Shown here: positions 1-9,669 of the stretch, one piece after another
How positions within the stretch are numbered: position 1 is the stretch's first letter
Layout of the letters: each line of letters starts with the position of its first letter
NCBI GenBank assembly: GCA_965541615.1
Contig: CBEUCJ010000001.1
Location: 67,754 to 131,753 of the forward strand
Length of the DNA: 64,000 nucleotides
Source of the DNA: an uncultured bacterium
GTDB lineage: Bacteria > Omnitrophota > Gorgyraeia > Duberdicusellales > CBEUCJ01
Direction of reading: 5' to 3'
Made by a program: the position numbers and the translations under genes
Notes under the pieces: model-generated
Databases searched by the model: none
Told to the model about the DNA's origin: nothing
The model's input: only the letters and a program-made list of their open reading frames with translations

Positions 1-364
1 AGCTCATTATGCACATTTAAAAGATAAACCTTTTTTTGAAGATCTTATAAAATACATCCAAGGCTATTATCATGGAGTAAACAGAGTCTTAGCTTTAGTT
101 TATTATGGACCTCAAGCTATAGAAAAAGTAAGGAAAATTTGTGGTGCTACTAATCCTGAAGAAGCAGACCCCACAACCATCAGAGGTCAATATGGAAGAA
201 TTACTACAACTGGTGTTTATGAAAATGTCATCCATGCCTCTGCAAATGAATCTGAAGCTGAACGTGAAATAAAACTTTGGTTTGAACCAGAAGAATTAGT
301 ATTAGAATTATATCCAACAAAAGAGATAAAAATAAAAGAAGTCAAAAAGAAAGTGTGGGTTTAA
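1..364 (+). CDS. ndk: Nucleoside diphosphate kinase (5'-truncated by window edge)
   Basis: Frame 2 translates to HYAHLKDKPFF...VRKICGATNPEEADPTTIRGQYG...ENVIHASANESEAEREIKLWF, containing the NDK catalytic NxxHAS motif; stop TAA at 362-364. Confidence 0.93.
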   Translation, partial: AHYAHLKDKPFFEDLIKYIQGYYHGVNRVLALVYYGPQAIEKVRKICGATNPEEADPTTIRGQYGRITTTGVYENVIHASANESEAEREIKLWFEPEELVLELYPTKEIKIKEVKKKVWV

Positions 365-370
365 AAAACT

Positions 371-619
371 GTGGGTAATAAACTTTTAAACATAGGTTAT
401 AACAACTTTATCTCTCAAGAGAAAATAGTCTGCATAATAGATTTTGACACAAAACCTGTGAAAAAATTAGTAGACCAAGCTCGCACTCAAGGAAAATTAA
501 TAGATGCCACTTGCGGAAGAAAAACAAGAGCAGTCATAATTGCAAGTTCCTCCCATATCATCTTATCTTCTCTTCAACCTCAAACTTTAGCTCAAAGATT
601 AGAAAAGGATGAAAAGTAA
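371..619 (+). CDS. RemA/YlzA (DUF370) family protein
   Basis: LLNIGYNNF...GKLIDATCGRKTRAVI...HIILSSLQPQTLAQRL signature; conserved position upstream of gmk-rpoZ. Confidence 0.88.
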   Translation: MGNKLLNIGYNNFISQEKIVCIIDFDTKPVKKLVDQARTQGKLIDATCGRKTRAVIIASSSHIILSSLQPQTLAQRLEKDEK

Positions 620-1169
620 ATATTTTATATTTGTAATCTCTGGTCCTTCAGGTTCTGGAAAAACGACTCTTATTAAAAGACTCTTCAGATTCAAAAAAAT
701 AAAAGAAAATTTAACTAAAATAACTACTTATACTACAAGGAGACCTCGCAAGAAAGAAAGTTCAGATTATACTTTTGTAGATATCTCTGAATTCAAAAGA
801 TTAAAAAGAAGGGGATTTTTCATAGAATCTCAAAAAATATACAAAGATTATTATGGAACTCCTAAAAAAGAACTCTTAAAAGCTATAAAGAAAAGTCATG
901 TACTTTTATGTATAGATTATAAAGGAGCTAAAATAATAAAAAAAATATTTAAAGATAAAGCAGTATTAATCTTTATACTTCCTCCTAATCTTAAAGAATT
1001 AGAAAAAAGGATCAGAAAGAGAGGAGAAAAAGAAATATCTTTAAGGCTTAAAAGAGCTAAAGAAGAAATACTTAATTCAAAATTTTACGATTTTAAAATA
1101 ATAAATAAAAATTTAAATGTTGCTTTAAAAGAGTTAAAAGATATAATTTTAAGAAAAATAGAGAGTTAA
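609..1169 (+). CDS. gmk: Guanylate kinase
   Basis: SGPSGSGKTT P-loop, TTRRPR and YYGTP motifs; gmk-rpoZ synteny. Confidence 0.95.
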   Translation: MKSKYFIFVISGPSGSGKTTLIKRLFRFKKIKENLTKITTYTTRRPRKKESSDYTFVDISEFKRLKRRGFFIESQKIYKDYYGTPKKELLKAIKKSHVLLCIDYKGAKIIKKIFKDKAVLIFILPPNLKELEKRIRKRGEKEISLRLKRAKEEILNSKFYDFKIINKNLNVALKELKDIILRKIES

Positions 1170-1176
1170 AATTTTT

Positions 1177-1383
1177 ATGAGTTACATACCATTAGAAAAT
1201 CTCTTAGATAAAGCAGATGGGAGTGTTTACAAGTTAGTTATCATGGCTTCCAAAAGAGCCTTAGAATTATCAGAAGGAGCTTTCAGTTTAATAAAAGATG
1301 AATCTTTAGATGACAAACCAACTGTTAGAGCTCTTAAAGAAATAGCTGCAGGAAGGATTGGATATGAAGAAAGGAAAAAGTAA
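1177..1383 (+). CDS. rpoZ: RNA polymerase omega subunit
   Basis: SVYKLVIMASKRALEL...KPTVRALKEIAAG motif. Confidence 0.93.
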   Translation: MSYIPLENLLDKADGSVYKLVIMASKRALELSEGAFSLIKDESLDDKPTVRALKEIAAGRIGYEERKK

Positions 1384-1906
1384 AAGTCTTATACTGGGAG
1401 TGACTGGAAGCATAGCTATTTATAAATCATTGAATTTATTAAGAATGCTCATAAAAGAAAAATTTGAAGTTGATGTTATTATGACGAAAGAAGCTCAACA
1501 ATTTATTACACCTCTCACCTTCCAGAGCATAGTAAAGAAAAAAGTCTACTCAGATCTTTTTGAACTGATTAAAGAAAATAATCCTTTGCATATAAGTCTT
1601 TGTGAGAAAGCAAGATTAATTTTAGTGTATCCGGCTACCTGTAATTTTATATCAAAAATAGCTTGTGGTATTTGTGATGATCTGCTAAGCTGCGTAATTA
1701 TGAGCTTTAAAGGGAAAGTCGTATTTTGCCCAGCTTCTGATACCAATATGTATTTAAATCCTATATTCCAAGAAAATTTAAAAAAATTAAAAAAACTTGG
1801 ATATATTTTTTTAGGTCCAGTTAAAGGAGAATTAGTTTCTGGCAAAAAAGGTGTAGGGCATATAATTTCAGAAGAAGAGGTTTTAAGAAAAATAAAAAAT
1901 ATTTGA
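1364..1906 (+). CDS. coaC: Phosphopantothenoylcysteine decarboxylase (CoaC flavoprotein domain only)
   Basis: LGVTGSIAIYK, PATCNFISKIACGICDDL and PASDTNMY motifs; follows rpoZ like coaBC, but there is no CoaB domain; ATG at 1364 chosen. Confidence 0.85.
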   Translation: MKKGKSKSLILGVTGSIAIYKSLNLLRMLIKEKFEVDVIMTKEAQQFITPLTFQSIVKKKVYSDLFELIKENNPLHISLCEKARLILVYPATCNFISKIACGICDDLLSCVIMSFKGKVVFCPASDTNMYLNPIFQENLKKLKKLGYIFLGPVKGELVSGKKGVGHIISEEEVLRKIKNI

Positions 1907-1915
1907 AAATAAAAA

Positions 1916-1987
1916 GGCGCGGTAGCCAAGAGGTCAGGCACGGGTCTGCAAAACCCGGATACGTGGGTTCAAATCCCACCCGCGCCT
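1916..1987 (+). tRNA. tRNA-Cys(GCA)
   Basis: GGCGCGG acceptor paired with CCGCGCC, anticodon loop CTGCAAA, GGTTCAAATCC T-arm; CCA not encoded. Confidence 0.95.
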
Positions 1988-2132
1988 TTTTAAAACGGTG
2001 AAATTTTAAAAAATTGTTTTAAAAATTAGAAAAAAATATTAAAATAAAGGAAGTTTTTAATTTAGAATTTTGGAAAATAGAAATAATTTTTAAAAGGAGT
2101 TTCAAGAAAACTGAATAAAATCTTTAAATTTT

Positions 2133-2220
2133 GGGCGGGTGGCGGAATTGGCAGACGCCCGGGACTTAAAATCCCGTGCTCCCTCGAAGGAGCGTGTGGG
2201 TTCGAGTCCCACCCCGCCCA
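2133..2220 (+). tRNA. tRNA-Leu(TAA)
   Basis: GGGCGGG/CCCGCCC acceptor stem, anticodon loop CTTAAAA, long variable arm, GGTTCGAGTCC T-arm. Confidence 0.95.
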
Positions 2221-2232
2221 CATTTTATTTTT

Positions 2233-2307
2233 GGGCGCATAGCTCAGCCTGGTTAGAGCGTCACGTTGACATCGTGAAGGTCGGAGGTTCAAATCCTCCT
2301 GCGCCCA
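2233..2307 (+). tRNA. tRNA-Val(GAC)
   Basis: GGGCGCA/TGCGCCC acceptor, TAGCTCAG D-arm, anticodon loop TTGACAT, GGTTCAAATCC. Confidence 0.95.
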
Positions 2308-2325
2308 TTTTTTAATTTAAAAACT

Positions 2326-4050
2326 ATGCAGGACTTAAAAACTTTAAGACATTCAACTGCTCATGTATTAGCCCAAGCTGTAAAAAGATTATATCCTGAA
2401 GCTAAATTAGGAATAGGGCCTGCAACAGATGAGGGTTTTTATTATGATTTTGATAATTTAGATATTAAAGAAAAAGATTTAGAAAAGATAGAAAAAGAGA
2501 TGGAAAAGATAATCAAAGAAGATCATCCTTTCATTCAAGAATTTTGGGAAAGAGAAAAAGCTTTAGATTTCTTCTCCAAAAATAAAGAAGATTACAAAGT
2601 GGAGTTAATAAAAGAACTAAAAGATCAAAAACTCTCTATCTATAGATCTGGAGAATTTGTAGATTTATGTAAAGGTCCTCATCTTGATTCTACTTCTCAA
2701 ATCAAAGCTTTCAAACTCCTTAAAATATCAGGTGCTTATTGGAAAGGAAAAGAATCTAATCCTCAACTAACAAGAATCTATGGAACTGCTTTTTTTAGTA
2801 AATCTGATTTAGAAAAATTCTTAAAAAATTTAGATGAATCTAAACAAAGAGACCACAGATTATTAGGCAAGCAATTAGAATTATATGAGATCTTTTATAA
2901 GGAAGCTGGAGCTGGTTTTATCTTTTGGTTACCTAAAGGAGCTTTTATCAGAAGGAAAATTGAAGACTGGTTAATAGATGAACACCTCAAAAGAGGTTAC
3001 AAACTTCTTTATACACCTCACTTGTTTTTATCCAACCTTTTTAAAACTTCAGGACATTTAGATTACTATAGAGAATTAATGTATGTATTTAATCAAGAAA
3101 ATTCAGAAATGGTAATAAAACCTATGAATTGTCCTGCTCACATCTTAATCTACAAATCTAAAATAAGATCCTACAAAGAATTGCCTTTAAGATTTTTTGA
3201 ATTGGGTACTGTGTATAGATATGAAAAGTCAGGAGTCTTACATGGATTGTTAAGAGTGAGAGGATTTACTCAAGATGATGCTCACATATTTTCGCCAGAA
3301 GATATGGTAAAAGAAGAAGTAAAAGAAATAATAAAATTTATAGATCACACTTTTAAGACCTTTGGATTTAAAGATTTCGAGATAGAGTTGAGTACTCAAC
3401 CTGAAAAATTTATAGGGACTCAAAGTATGTGGGATAAAGCTACAAAATCTTTACAAAAAGCTTTAGAGGAATTAAATTTAAAATATAAAATTTGTCCTGG
3501 AGAAGGAGCTTTTTATGGACCTAAAATAGATGTAAAGGTCAAAGATGCGTTAAACAGATTATGGCAATGTTCTACTATTCAGGTTGATTTTGCTTTGCCT
3601 GAAAATTTTAATCTAAGTTACGTAGATGAAAACGATCAAAAAAAGAAAGTAGTCTTAATCCATAGAGCAATATTAGGAAGTTTAGAAAGATTTTTTGGTA
3701 TATTAATTGAACACTATAAAGGCTTGTTTCCTGTATGGTTAGCTCCTGTTCAAGTTAGAATTTTGAGTATTTCAGATAAATCTCTTAAATATGCCAAAGA
3801 ATTAGAAGAGATCTTTAAAAAAGAAAAGATTAGAGTCGAACTCGATTTAAGAAACTTAACTCTTTCTAAAAAAATCTTAGAAGCTGAATCTGAAAAAATA
3901 CCTTTAATATGTGTAGTAGGTGAAAAAGAAGCTGAAAACAAAACTATAAATTTGAGAGATAAGATAAGAAAAGTAAAAAAAGAAGTAAAAGTTGAAGAAT
4001 TTTTAAAAGAATTAAAGGAGAGAGTTGAATCTAAGGAGGTCTTATTTTGA
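2326..4050 (+). CDS. thrS: Threonyl-tRNA synthetase
   Basis: LRHSTAHVLAQA editing motif, DLCKGPH, KPMNCPAH, RVRGFTQDDAH, GAFYGPKID. Confidence 0.98.
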   Translation: MQDLKTLRHSTAHVLAQAVKRLYPEAKLGIGPATDEGFYYDFDNLDIKEKDLEKIEKEMEKIIKEDHPFIQEFWEREKALDFFSKNKEDYKVELIKELKDQKLSIYRSGEFVDLCKGPHLDSTSQIKAFKLLKISGAYWKGKESNPQLTRIYGTAFFSKSDLEKFLKNLDESKQRDHRLLGKQLELYEIFYKEAGAGFIFWLPKGAFIRRKIEDWLIDEHLKRGYKLLYTPHLFLSNLFKTSGHLDYYRELMYVFNQENSEMVIKPMNCPAHILIYKSKIRSYKELPLRFFELGTVYRYEKSGVLHGLLRVRGFTQDDAHIFSPEDMVKEEVKEIIKFIDHTFKTFGFKDFEIELSTQPEKFIGTQSMWDKATKSLQKALEELNLKYKICPGEGAFYGPKIDVKVKDALNRLWQCSTIQVDFALPENFNLSYVDENDQKKKVVLIHRAILGSLERFFGILIEHYKGLFPVWLAPVQVRILSISDKSLKYAKELEEIFKKEKIRVELDLRNLTLSKKILEAESEKIPLICVVGEKEAENKTINLRDKIRKVKKEVKVEEFLKELKERVESKEVLF

Positions 4051-4550
4051 AGAATTACAGAGTTAACTTTCAAATCAAAAGTCCAACTGTAAAATTGATA
4101 GGTCCTGATGGAAAATTAATAGGCATAGTGCCTTTGAAAGAAGCTTTAAAAAAAGCTCAAGAATTAGATTTAGATTTAGTAGAACTCGCTCCTCAAACTA
4201 ATCCTCCTGTTTGCAGAATCATGGATTTTAATAAGTTTAAATATGAACAAGAAAAAAGAGAAAGAGAGATTAAAAAACAACAAAGAATGCACCAGTTAAA
4301 AGAAGTAAGAATAAAACCCAGAATAGAAGAACACGATTACCAAACAAAATTAAAGCAAATTCAAACTTTCTTAAAAAAAGGACATAAAGTAAGAATAAGA
4401 TTACTATTTAGAGGTAGAGAGTTAGCTCATCCTGAAAAAGGGAAAGAATTAATGGAAAGGATAATTGCAGACACAAAAGAATTCTCTAAAATAGAAAAGC
4501 CTTTACAAAAATTAGAAAGACAACTTTTATTAATTTTGGCTCCTAAATAA
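4047..4550 (+). CDS. infC: Translation initiation factor IF-3 (non-AUG start, TTG 4047 or in-frame ATT 4044)
   Basis: DLDLVELAP..PPVCRIMDFNKFKYE, FRGRE motifs; thrS-infC-rpmI-rplT order. Confidence 0.96.
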   Translation: MKNYRVNFQIKSPTVKLIGPDGKLIGIVPLKEALKKAQELDLDLVELAPQTNPPVCRIMDFNKFKYEQEKREREIKKQQRMHQLKEVRIKPRIEEHDYQTKLKQIQTFLKKGHKVRIRLLFRGRELAHPEKGKELMERIIADTKEFSKIEKPLQKLERQLLLILAPK

Positions 4551-4573
4551 AATTTTAAGGAGGTAAAAGAACT

Positions 4574-4765
4574 ATGAAACTAAAGACCAAAAAAGCTTTA
4601 AAAAAGAGGGTAAAAATAACAGGTACTGGTAAAATCTTAAGAAGAAGAGCTGGAAAATCTCATCTCCTATCTGGAAAAAGTAGAAAAAGAAAAAGGAGAT
4701 TAAGTAAACCTACTTTGGTCTCTGAATCTCATACTCAGATGATTAAAAGAGCTCTTTTAGAATAA
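4574..4765 (+). CDS. rpmI: 50S ribosomal protein L35
   Basis: [29 protein letters not shown]; operon context. Confidence 0.96.
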   Translation: MKLKTKKALKKRVKITGTGKILRRRAGKSHLLSGKSRKRKRRLSKPTLVSESHTQMIKRALLE

Positions 4766-4784
4766 AAAAGGAGGTTCGATAAAA

Positions 4785-5150
4785 ATGAGTAGAGTAAAAA
4801 GCTGTGTAGCTAGAAAAAAAAGAGTTAAAAAATTGTTAAAGTTAGCTAAAGGGTATTGGGGTGAGAGAAAAAATAGGTATAGGAGAGCTAAAGAAACAGT
4901 ATTCAGAGCTTTAAGATATGCTACCAGAGATAGAAAAGTTAGAAAGAGAGAATTTAGAAGACTATGGATTCAAAGGATAAACGCTTTTTTAAGACAAAGG
5001 GGTAAAAAATACAGTGATTTTATGGGAAGGCTTAGAAAAAAAGAGATCCTTTTAGACAGAAAAATTTTACAAGAATTTGCTATTAGAAGACCTCAAGTAA
5101 TAGAAGCCTTGATTAAAGAAGTCTATGAAGGAGCAGATCCTAAAAATTAA
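4785..5150 (+). CDS. rplT: 50S ribosomal protein L20
   Basis: MSRVK...LAKGYWG...RDRKVRKREFRRLWIQRINA. Confidence 0.97.
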   Translation: MSRVKSCVARKKRVKKLLKLAKGYWGERKNRYRRAKETVFRALRYATRDRKVRKREFRRLWIQRINAFLRQRGKKYSDFMGRLRKKEILLDRKILQEFAIRRPQVIEALIKEVYEGADPKN

Positions 5151-6147
5151 AGAAGAAGCTATCAAAAGTTTAGAGAGTGTAAAAGATTTAAAAGAGTTTC
5201 AAGAGGTCTACAGCAAATTTTTGGGAAGAAAAGCAGAATTGAATACCTTAATCAAAAATTTAAAAAATTTAGAACTCTCAGAAAGAAAAGAGATAGGCAA
5301 ATTAATCAACCAAACTAAAGACCTCTTAATAAAAGCTTTTGAAAATAAAAGAAAAGAATTAGAAAAAGAAGAAAAAGAAAAGATAGACTTAACTGAACCT
5401 GAAAACCTTCCTCTCTTAGGAGTAAAGCATCCTGTCTCTTTAATAATAGAAGAGATTGTAGATATTTTCAGGTCCTTAGGATTCAAAATTGAAGAAGGTA
5501 AAGAAATAGATACTGAATTTTACAATTTCACAGCTTTAAATATACCTTCAGAACATCCTTCAAGAGATGTTTTTGATACTTTCTATTTAGACCTTCCTCC
5601 TCAAAATAACTACAGATGGTTATTACGCTCTCATACTTCTCCTTCCCAAATCCATATACTCAAAAGAAAACAATTACCTGCAAGATTCATCTCACCTGGC
5701 AGAGTTTACAGACCAGAAAATTTAGATGCTTCACATTCCTTTATGTTCCATCAAATTGAAGGTTTTTATGTAGATAAAGATGTGAAATTCTCTCACTTAA
5801 AAGGTGTCTTAAATCTTTTTGCTAAAAAATTATTTGGCAAAAACACTGAGACCCGCTTTAGACCCCATTATTTTCCTTTTACTGAACCTTCAGTGGAAAT
5901 GGATGTAAGCTGTTTTTTTTGCAATAAAAAAGGGTGCAGTGTTTGTAAAAAAACAGGTTTTATAGAGATATTAGGAGCTGGTTTAATTCATCCTAATGTT
6001 CTAAAAGCCTGTGGTATTAATCCTAAAAAATGGAGTGGATTTGCTTTTGGACTAGGAATAGAAAGAATAGCTATGCTCAAGTTTAAGATTTCAGATATCA
6101 GATATTTTACAGATAACGATATAAGATTTTTAAATTCTTTTGTATGA
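5125..6147 (+). CDS. pheS: Phenylalanyl-tRNA synthetase alpha subunit
   Basis: HPSRDVFDTFY, LLRSHTS, FHQIEG, FRPHYFPFTEPS, GFAFGLGIER. Confidence 0.98.
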   Translation: MKEQILKIKEEAIKSLESVKDLKEFQEVYSKFLGRKAELNTLIKNLKNLELSERKEIGKLINQTKDLLIKAFENKRKELEKEEKEKIDLTEPENLPLLGVKHPVSLIIEEIVDIFRSLGFKIEEGKEIDTEFYNFTALNIPSEHPSRDVFDTFYLDLPPQNNYRWLLRSHTSPSQIHILKRKQLPARFISPGRVYRPENLDASHSFMFHQIEGFYVDKDVKFSHLKGVLNLFAKKLFGKNTETRFRPHYFPFTEPSVEMDVSCFFCNKKGCSVCKKTGFIEILGAGLIHPNVLKACGINPKKWSGFAFGLGIERIAMLKFKISDIRYFTDNDIRFLNSFV

Positions 6148-8162
6148 AAGCACCTTTAAATTGGTTAAAAGACTATATAAATTTAGAAGAAGATATTAAT
6201 GTTTTATGTGAAGCTCTAACTTTTGCAGGTATAGAAGTACTTTCTTTAAATAAATCAGATTCTGATGTCTTATTTGAGCTAGAAATCACTCCTAACAGAG
6301 TAGATCTTTTAAGTATATATGGTATTTGCAGAGAGTTATCTTGCATTTTAAACAAGAATCTAAAAAAGATTCAACCTCCTTCTTATACAAAAAAGATAAA
6401 TGTAGACATAAAAATTCAAAATTTTTCTGATTGTCCTTTCTACACTCTAAGAATATTTGAAGATGTAAAAGTAACTGAGAGTCCTGGTTTTATAAAAGAT
6501 AGATTGAGTAAGATGGGTTTAAATTCCATAAACAATGTAGTAGATATTACAAACTTTTGTTTATTTGAATTAGGACAACCTTTACATGCTTTTGATTTAG
6601 ACAAATTAAAACTTCCTTTGATAGTAAGAAGAGCCTCACATGGTGAAAGATTGTTAGCTTTAGATAACAAAGAATATGAATTAAATCCTGAAATTTTAGT
6701 AATAGCTGATAGTCAGAAACCTATAGCTATAGCAGGAGTCATTGGAGGATTAGAAACATCTGTGACTCCTCAAACTAAAAGGATTCTTTTAGAGAGTGCT
6801 TACTTTAATCCTATTTTAGTAAGGAGAGCAAAAAGACTCTTAGGAATTGAGACTGAATCTTCTTATAGATTTGAAAGAGGAGTAATTCCTTATTATGTAG
6901 ATTTTGCATCGAGAAGATGCTCGCACCTATTTGAAAAATTTTGTTTTGCAAAATTTAAAGGATTTAAATCTGTAGGGAGATTAAAAATCTCTCATAAAAA
7001 GATACCTTTAGATATCGATCTTTTAAATAAAAGATTGGATTTAAATTTAAAAAAATCTGAAGTATCTAAAATCTTAAAAAGATTAAAATTTAAATTTACT
7101 CAAAAGAATAACAAAATTTATGTATATACTCCTGAATTTAGGAAAGATATAAACATACCTGAGGACTTAATAGAAGACGTAGCCAGAATCTACGGATATA
7201 AAAATATAAAAGATAGAATTCCTTCAAAAGAACCCTCAATAGAAAAAAAAGACTTTTTTGAATTTAAGCAAAATATCAAAAACATCCTTATAGAAAAAGG
7301 ATTCTATGAATTAATAACTTTTTCTTTAACCTCTGAAAAAACATTAAAAGATTTAGGAATATTTTCTGAAAATTTAATAAAACTAATTAACCCTTTAAGT
7401 CAAAAATATGTTTTTTTAAGAAATTCTTTATTGGCTGGACTATTAGAAAGAGCAAGTTTTAATCTCAACCAATATGCAGAATCTATAAGATTCTTTGAGA
7501 CCGCTCACATATACTATAAAGAAGAAAAGAATATTAAAGAAGAAGAGGTAATAGGCATTCTTTTAGGAGGAAAAAAATCTTTTTATTGGAAAGACAAAGA
7601 TAAAAACTTTGATTATTTCGATCTAAAAGGCATAGTTATTTATCTTTTAACAAAGTTAGGTATAAAAAATATAGATTTTAAAGAAAGGGAATTTCCTTTT
7701 TTTGAATTTGGAGCTCAAATTCTATTTAAAAAAGAATCTTTAGGGTTTATAGGAAAACTTTCTAAAAAAGTCTTGAAGAGTTTAGACATAAACAATATAG
7801 AGATTTTTTATTCAGAGTTAAGTTTAGAAAAATTATTTTCTAATTATAATGACAAAAAGGAATTTATACCTTTTTCTAAATTTCCTTTTACTTTTAGAGA
7901 TATTAGTTTCATAATAGATGAAAAGATAAAATTTGAAGAGATTAAAAAAGTGCTTTTTGAAAGAAAAGAAAAAGAACTAATCAAAGAGATAAGGCTCTTA
8001 GAGATCTACAAAGGCAAAGAGATTCCTAAAAATAAAAAATCTCTTCTTTTAAGAATCTTTTTTCAATCTTTCTCTAGAACTTTATCTTCTGAAGAGATTG
8101 AAGAAATAGTCCTTAAAATGAAAGAAGACTTAAAAGAAAAATTCTCTGCTCAAATAAGATAA
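6144..8162 (+). CDS. pheT: Phenylalanyl-tRNA synthetase beta subunit (short form, apparently lacking the B2 OB-fold)
   Basis: ELEITPNRVD, INNVVDITN, GQPLHAFD, DLIEDVARIYGY, C-terminal FDX-ACB (RDISF). Confidence 0.96.
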   Translation: MKAPLNWLKDYINLEEDINVLCEALTFAGIEVLSLNKSDSDVLFELEITPNRVDLLSIYGICRELSCILNKNLKKIQPPSYTKKINVDIKIQNFSDCPFYTLRIFEDVKVTESPGFIKDRLSKMGLNSINNVVDITNFCLFELGQPLHAFDLDKLKLPLIVRRASHGERLLALDNKEYELNPEILVIADSQKPIAIAGVIGGLETSVTPQTKRILLESAYFNPILVRRAKRLLGIETESSYRFERGVIPYYVDFASRRCSHLFEKFCFAKFKGFKSVGRLKISHKKIPLDIDLLNKRLDLNLKKSEVSKILKRLKFKFTQKNNKIYVYTPEFRKDINIPEDLIEDVARIYGYKNIKDRIPSKEPSIEKKDFFEFKQNIKNILIEKGFYELITFSLTSEKTLKDLGIFSENLIKLINPLSQKYVFLRNSLLAGLLERASFNLNQYAESIRFFETAHIYYKEEKNIKEEEVIGILLGGKKSFYWKDKDKNFDYFDLKGIVIYLLTKLGIKNIDFKEREFPFFEFGAQILFKKESLGFIGKLSKKVLKSLDINNIEIFYSELSLEKLFSNYNDKKEFIPFSKFPFTFRDISFIIDEKIKFEEIKKVLFERKEKELIKEIRLLEIYKGKEIPKNKKSLLLRIFFQSFSRTLSSEEIEEIVLKMKEDLKEKFSAQIR

Positions 8163-8200
8163 CCTTTCAAAAATCATAATTTTTTTAAACCTTATAAAAC

Positions 8201-8229
8201 TTGTCAACCTGAAAAATAGATGGTAATAT
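8201..8229 (+). promoter_or_regulatory. Sigma70-type promoter of 6S RNA
   Basis: TTGTCA-N17-TAATAT with extended -10 TG. Confidence 0.6.
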
Positions 8230-8259
8230 TTAAACTGAGAGATTTAAAGTTCTCTTTGA

Positions 8260-8423
8260 AAAATATCCCTGCCCTGTTGGTTGGGAAAAAGGCGCCTGCG
8301 CCAACACCATTTTTGAGGGAGCCTGCGTTCTCCTTGACTGTGGTCAAGGAGACAGGGCACCCACCTGTATGAGGATAGGGCTTGCAGTGGCAGCTTTTCC
8401 CAACGGCAGGGTGGGGATATTTT
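8260..8423 (+). ncRNA. ssrS: 6S RNA (SsrS)
   Basis: GC-rich ~165 nt in an AT-rich gap; 5' AAAATATCCCTGCCCTG pairs with 3' CAGGGTGGGGATATTTT, apical stem TCTCCTTGAC/GTCAAGGAGA, central bubble; lies after pheT and upstream of ygfA-rny, the usual 6S neighbourhood. Confidence 0.85.
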
Positions 8424-8430
8424 TATTTTT

Positions 8431-9669
8431 ATGCAAAAAATACCCCTCCATCTAAGAATCAGACCCCAAAATTTAGAAGAGTTTATAGGCCAAGAACATT
8501 TTTTAGGTGAGAATAAGTTTTTAAGGAAGTTAATTAAAGAAGATAGATTAACTTCTTTAATATTTTATGGTCCACCAGGTGTAGGTAAAACTACATTAGC
8601 TTTATGTATTAAAAATGAAACTCAAAGTTATTTTTCTTATATAAATGGAGCTGATTCCAATTTAGAAAAATTAAAATCTGAAATAAATTTAGCAGAATTT
8701 AGATTTAAACAGACCCACAAAAAAACTATTCTCTTTGTAGATGAAATCCATCATTTCAATAAAAGACAGCAAGATATATTCTTGCCTGTATTAGAAGAAA
8801 ATTTCTTAATCTTAATTGGAGCTACTATTCACAATCCTTTTTTTTATCTAATCAGTCCACTCTTATCTAGGGTAACTGTTTTGGAATTTAAACCTTTCTC
8901 AAAAGAAGAGATACTAAAAATCCTAAAAAGAGCTTTAAAAGATGAAAGAGGATTAGGAAAAGAAAAGATAGAAATAAAAGAAAAAGTCTTAGAATTTATA
9001 GCTGAAAATTGTGAAGGAGACGCAAGGAAAGCTTTAAATATCTTGGAGTTAGCTTTTCTGATTTCAAAAGATAAAGAAAAAACTATCTTAACTTTAGAAT
9101 CTGTAAAAGAAGCTATGCAGAAAAAAGTTATTTATTACGATAAAGATGAAGACTATCATTATGATTTAACATCTGCTTTAATAAAATCTATTAGAGCCTC
9201 AAAACCCGATGCTGCAATCTATTATTTGGCTAAAATGTTAGAGGGAGGTGAATCTCCTCTTTTTATTGCAAGAAGATTAGTAATCAGTGCTTGTGAAGAT
9301 ATAGGTCTAGCTGATCCTTTTGCTCTGGTATTAGCCTCAGCTTGTGCTCAAAGTGTACATTTTGTAGGCATGCCAGAAGCTGAGCTCATATTAGCTGAGA
9401 CTGTAATTTATTTAGCAAAGGCTAAAAAATCTAATAGTGCTCTTCAAGCTCTTTTGAAAGCTAAAGAAGATATAAAGAATGAAAGAACTCAAGAAGTCCC
9501 TCAACATTTAAGAGATTCTCATTATAAAGGAGCTAAAATCTTAGGGCATGGAACTGGTTACAAAAATCCTCATTTTTTTAAGAATGTATCTCAAGAATAT
9601 TTACAAATTCCTAAAAAGTATTATAATTTCCAAGAAAATGATAAAGGTAAAGAGCAAAGAGAAGATTAG
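8431..9669 (+). CDS. rarA: Replication-associated recombination protein A (MgsA/RarA AAA+)
   Basis: RPQNLEEFIGQEH, GPPGVGKTT, FVDEIHHFNKRQQD, EDIGLADP, VPQHLRDSHY. Confidence 0.95.
   Translation: MQKIPLHLRIRPQNLEEFIGQEHFLGENKFLRKLIKEDRLTSLIFYGPPGVGKTTLALCIKNETQSYFSYINGADSNLEKLKSEINLAEFRFKQTHKKTILFVDEIHHFNKRQQDIFLPVLEENFLILIGATIHNPFFYLISPLLSRVTVLEFKPFSKEEILKILKRALKDERGLGKEKIEIKEKVLEFIAENCEGDARKALNILELAFLISKDKEKTILTLESVKEAMQKKVIYYDKDEDYHYDLTSALIKSIRASKPDAAIYYLAKMLEGGESPLFIARRLVISACEDIGLADPFALVLASACAQSVHFVGMPEAELILAETVIYLAKAKKSNSALQALLKAKEDIKNERTQEVPQHLRDSHYKGAKILGHGTGYKNPHFFKNVSQEYLQIPKKYYNFQENDKGKEQRED

Noticed and set aside
2062-2292. 76-aa minus-strand ORF
   Set aside because: Antisense translation of tRNA-Leu and tRNA-Val
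8166-8190. Similarity of TTTCAAAA(A)TCATAATTTT to 21216-21235
   Set aside because: Short low-complexity AT-rich match, plausible by chance
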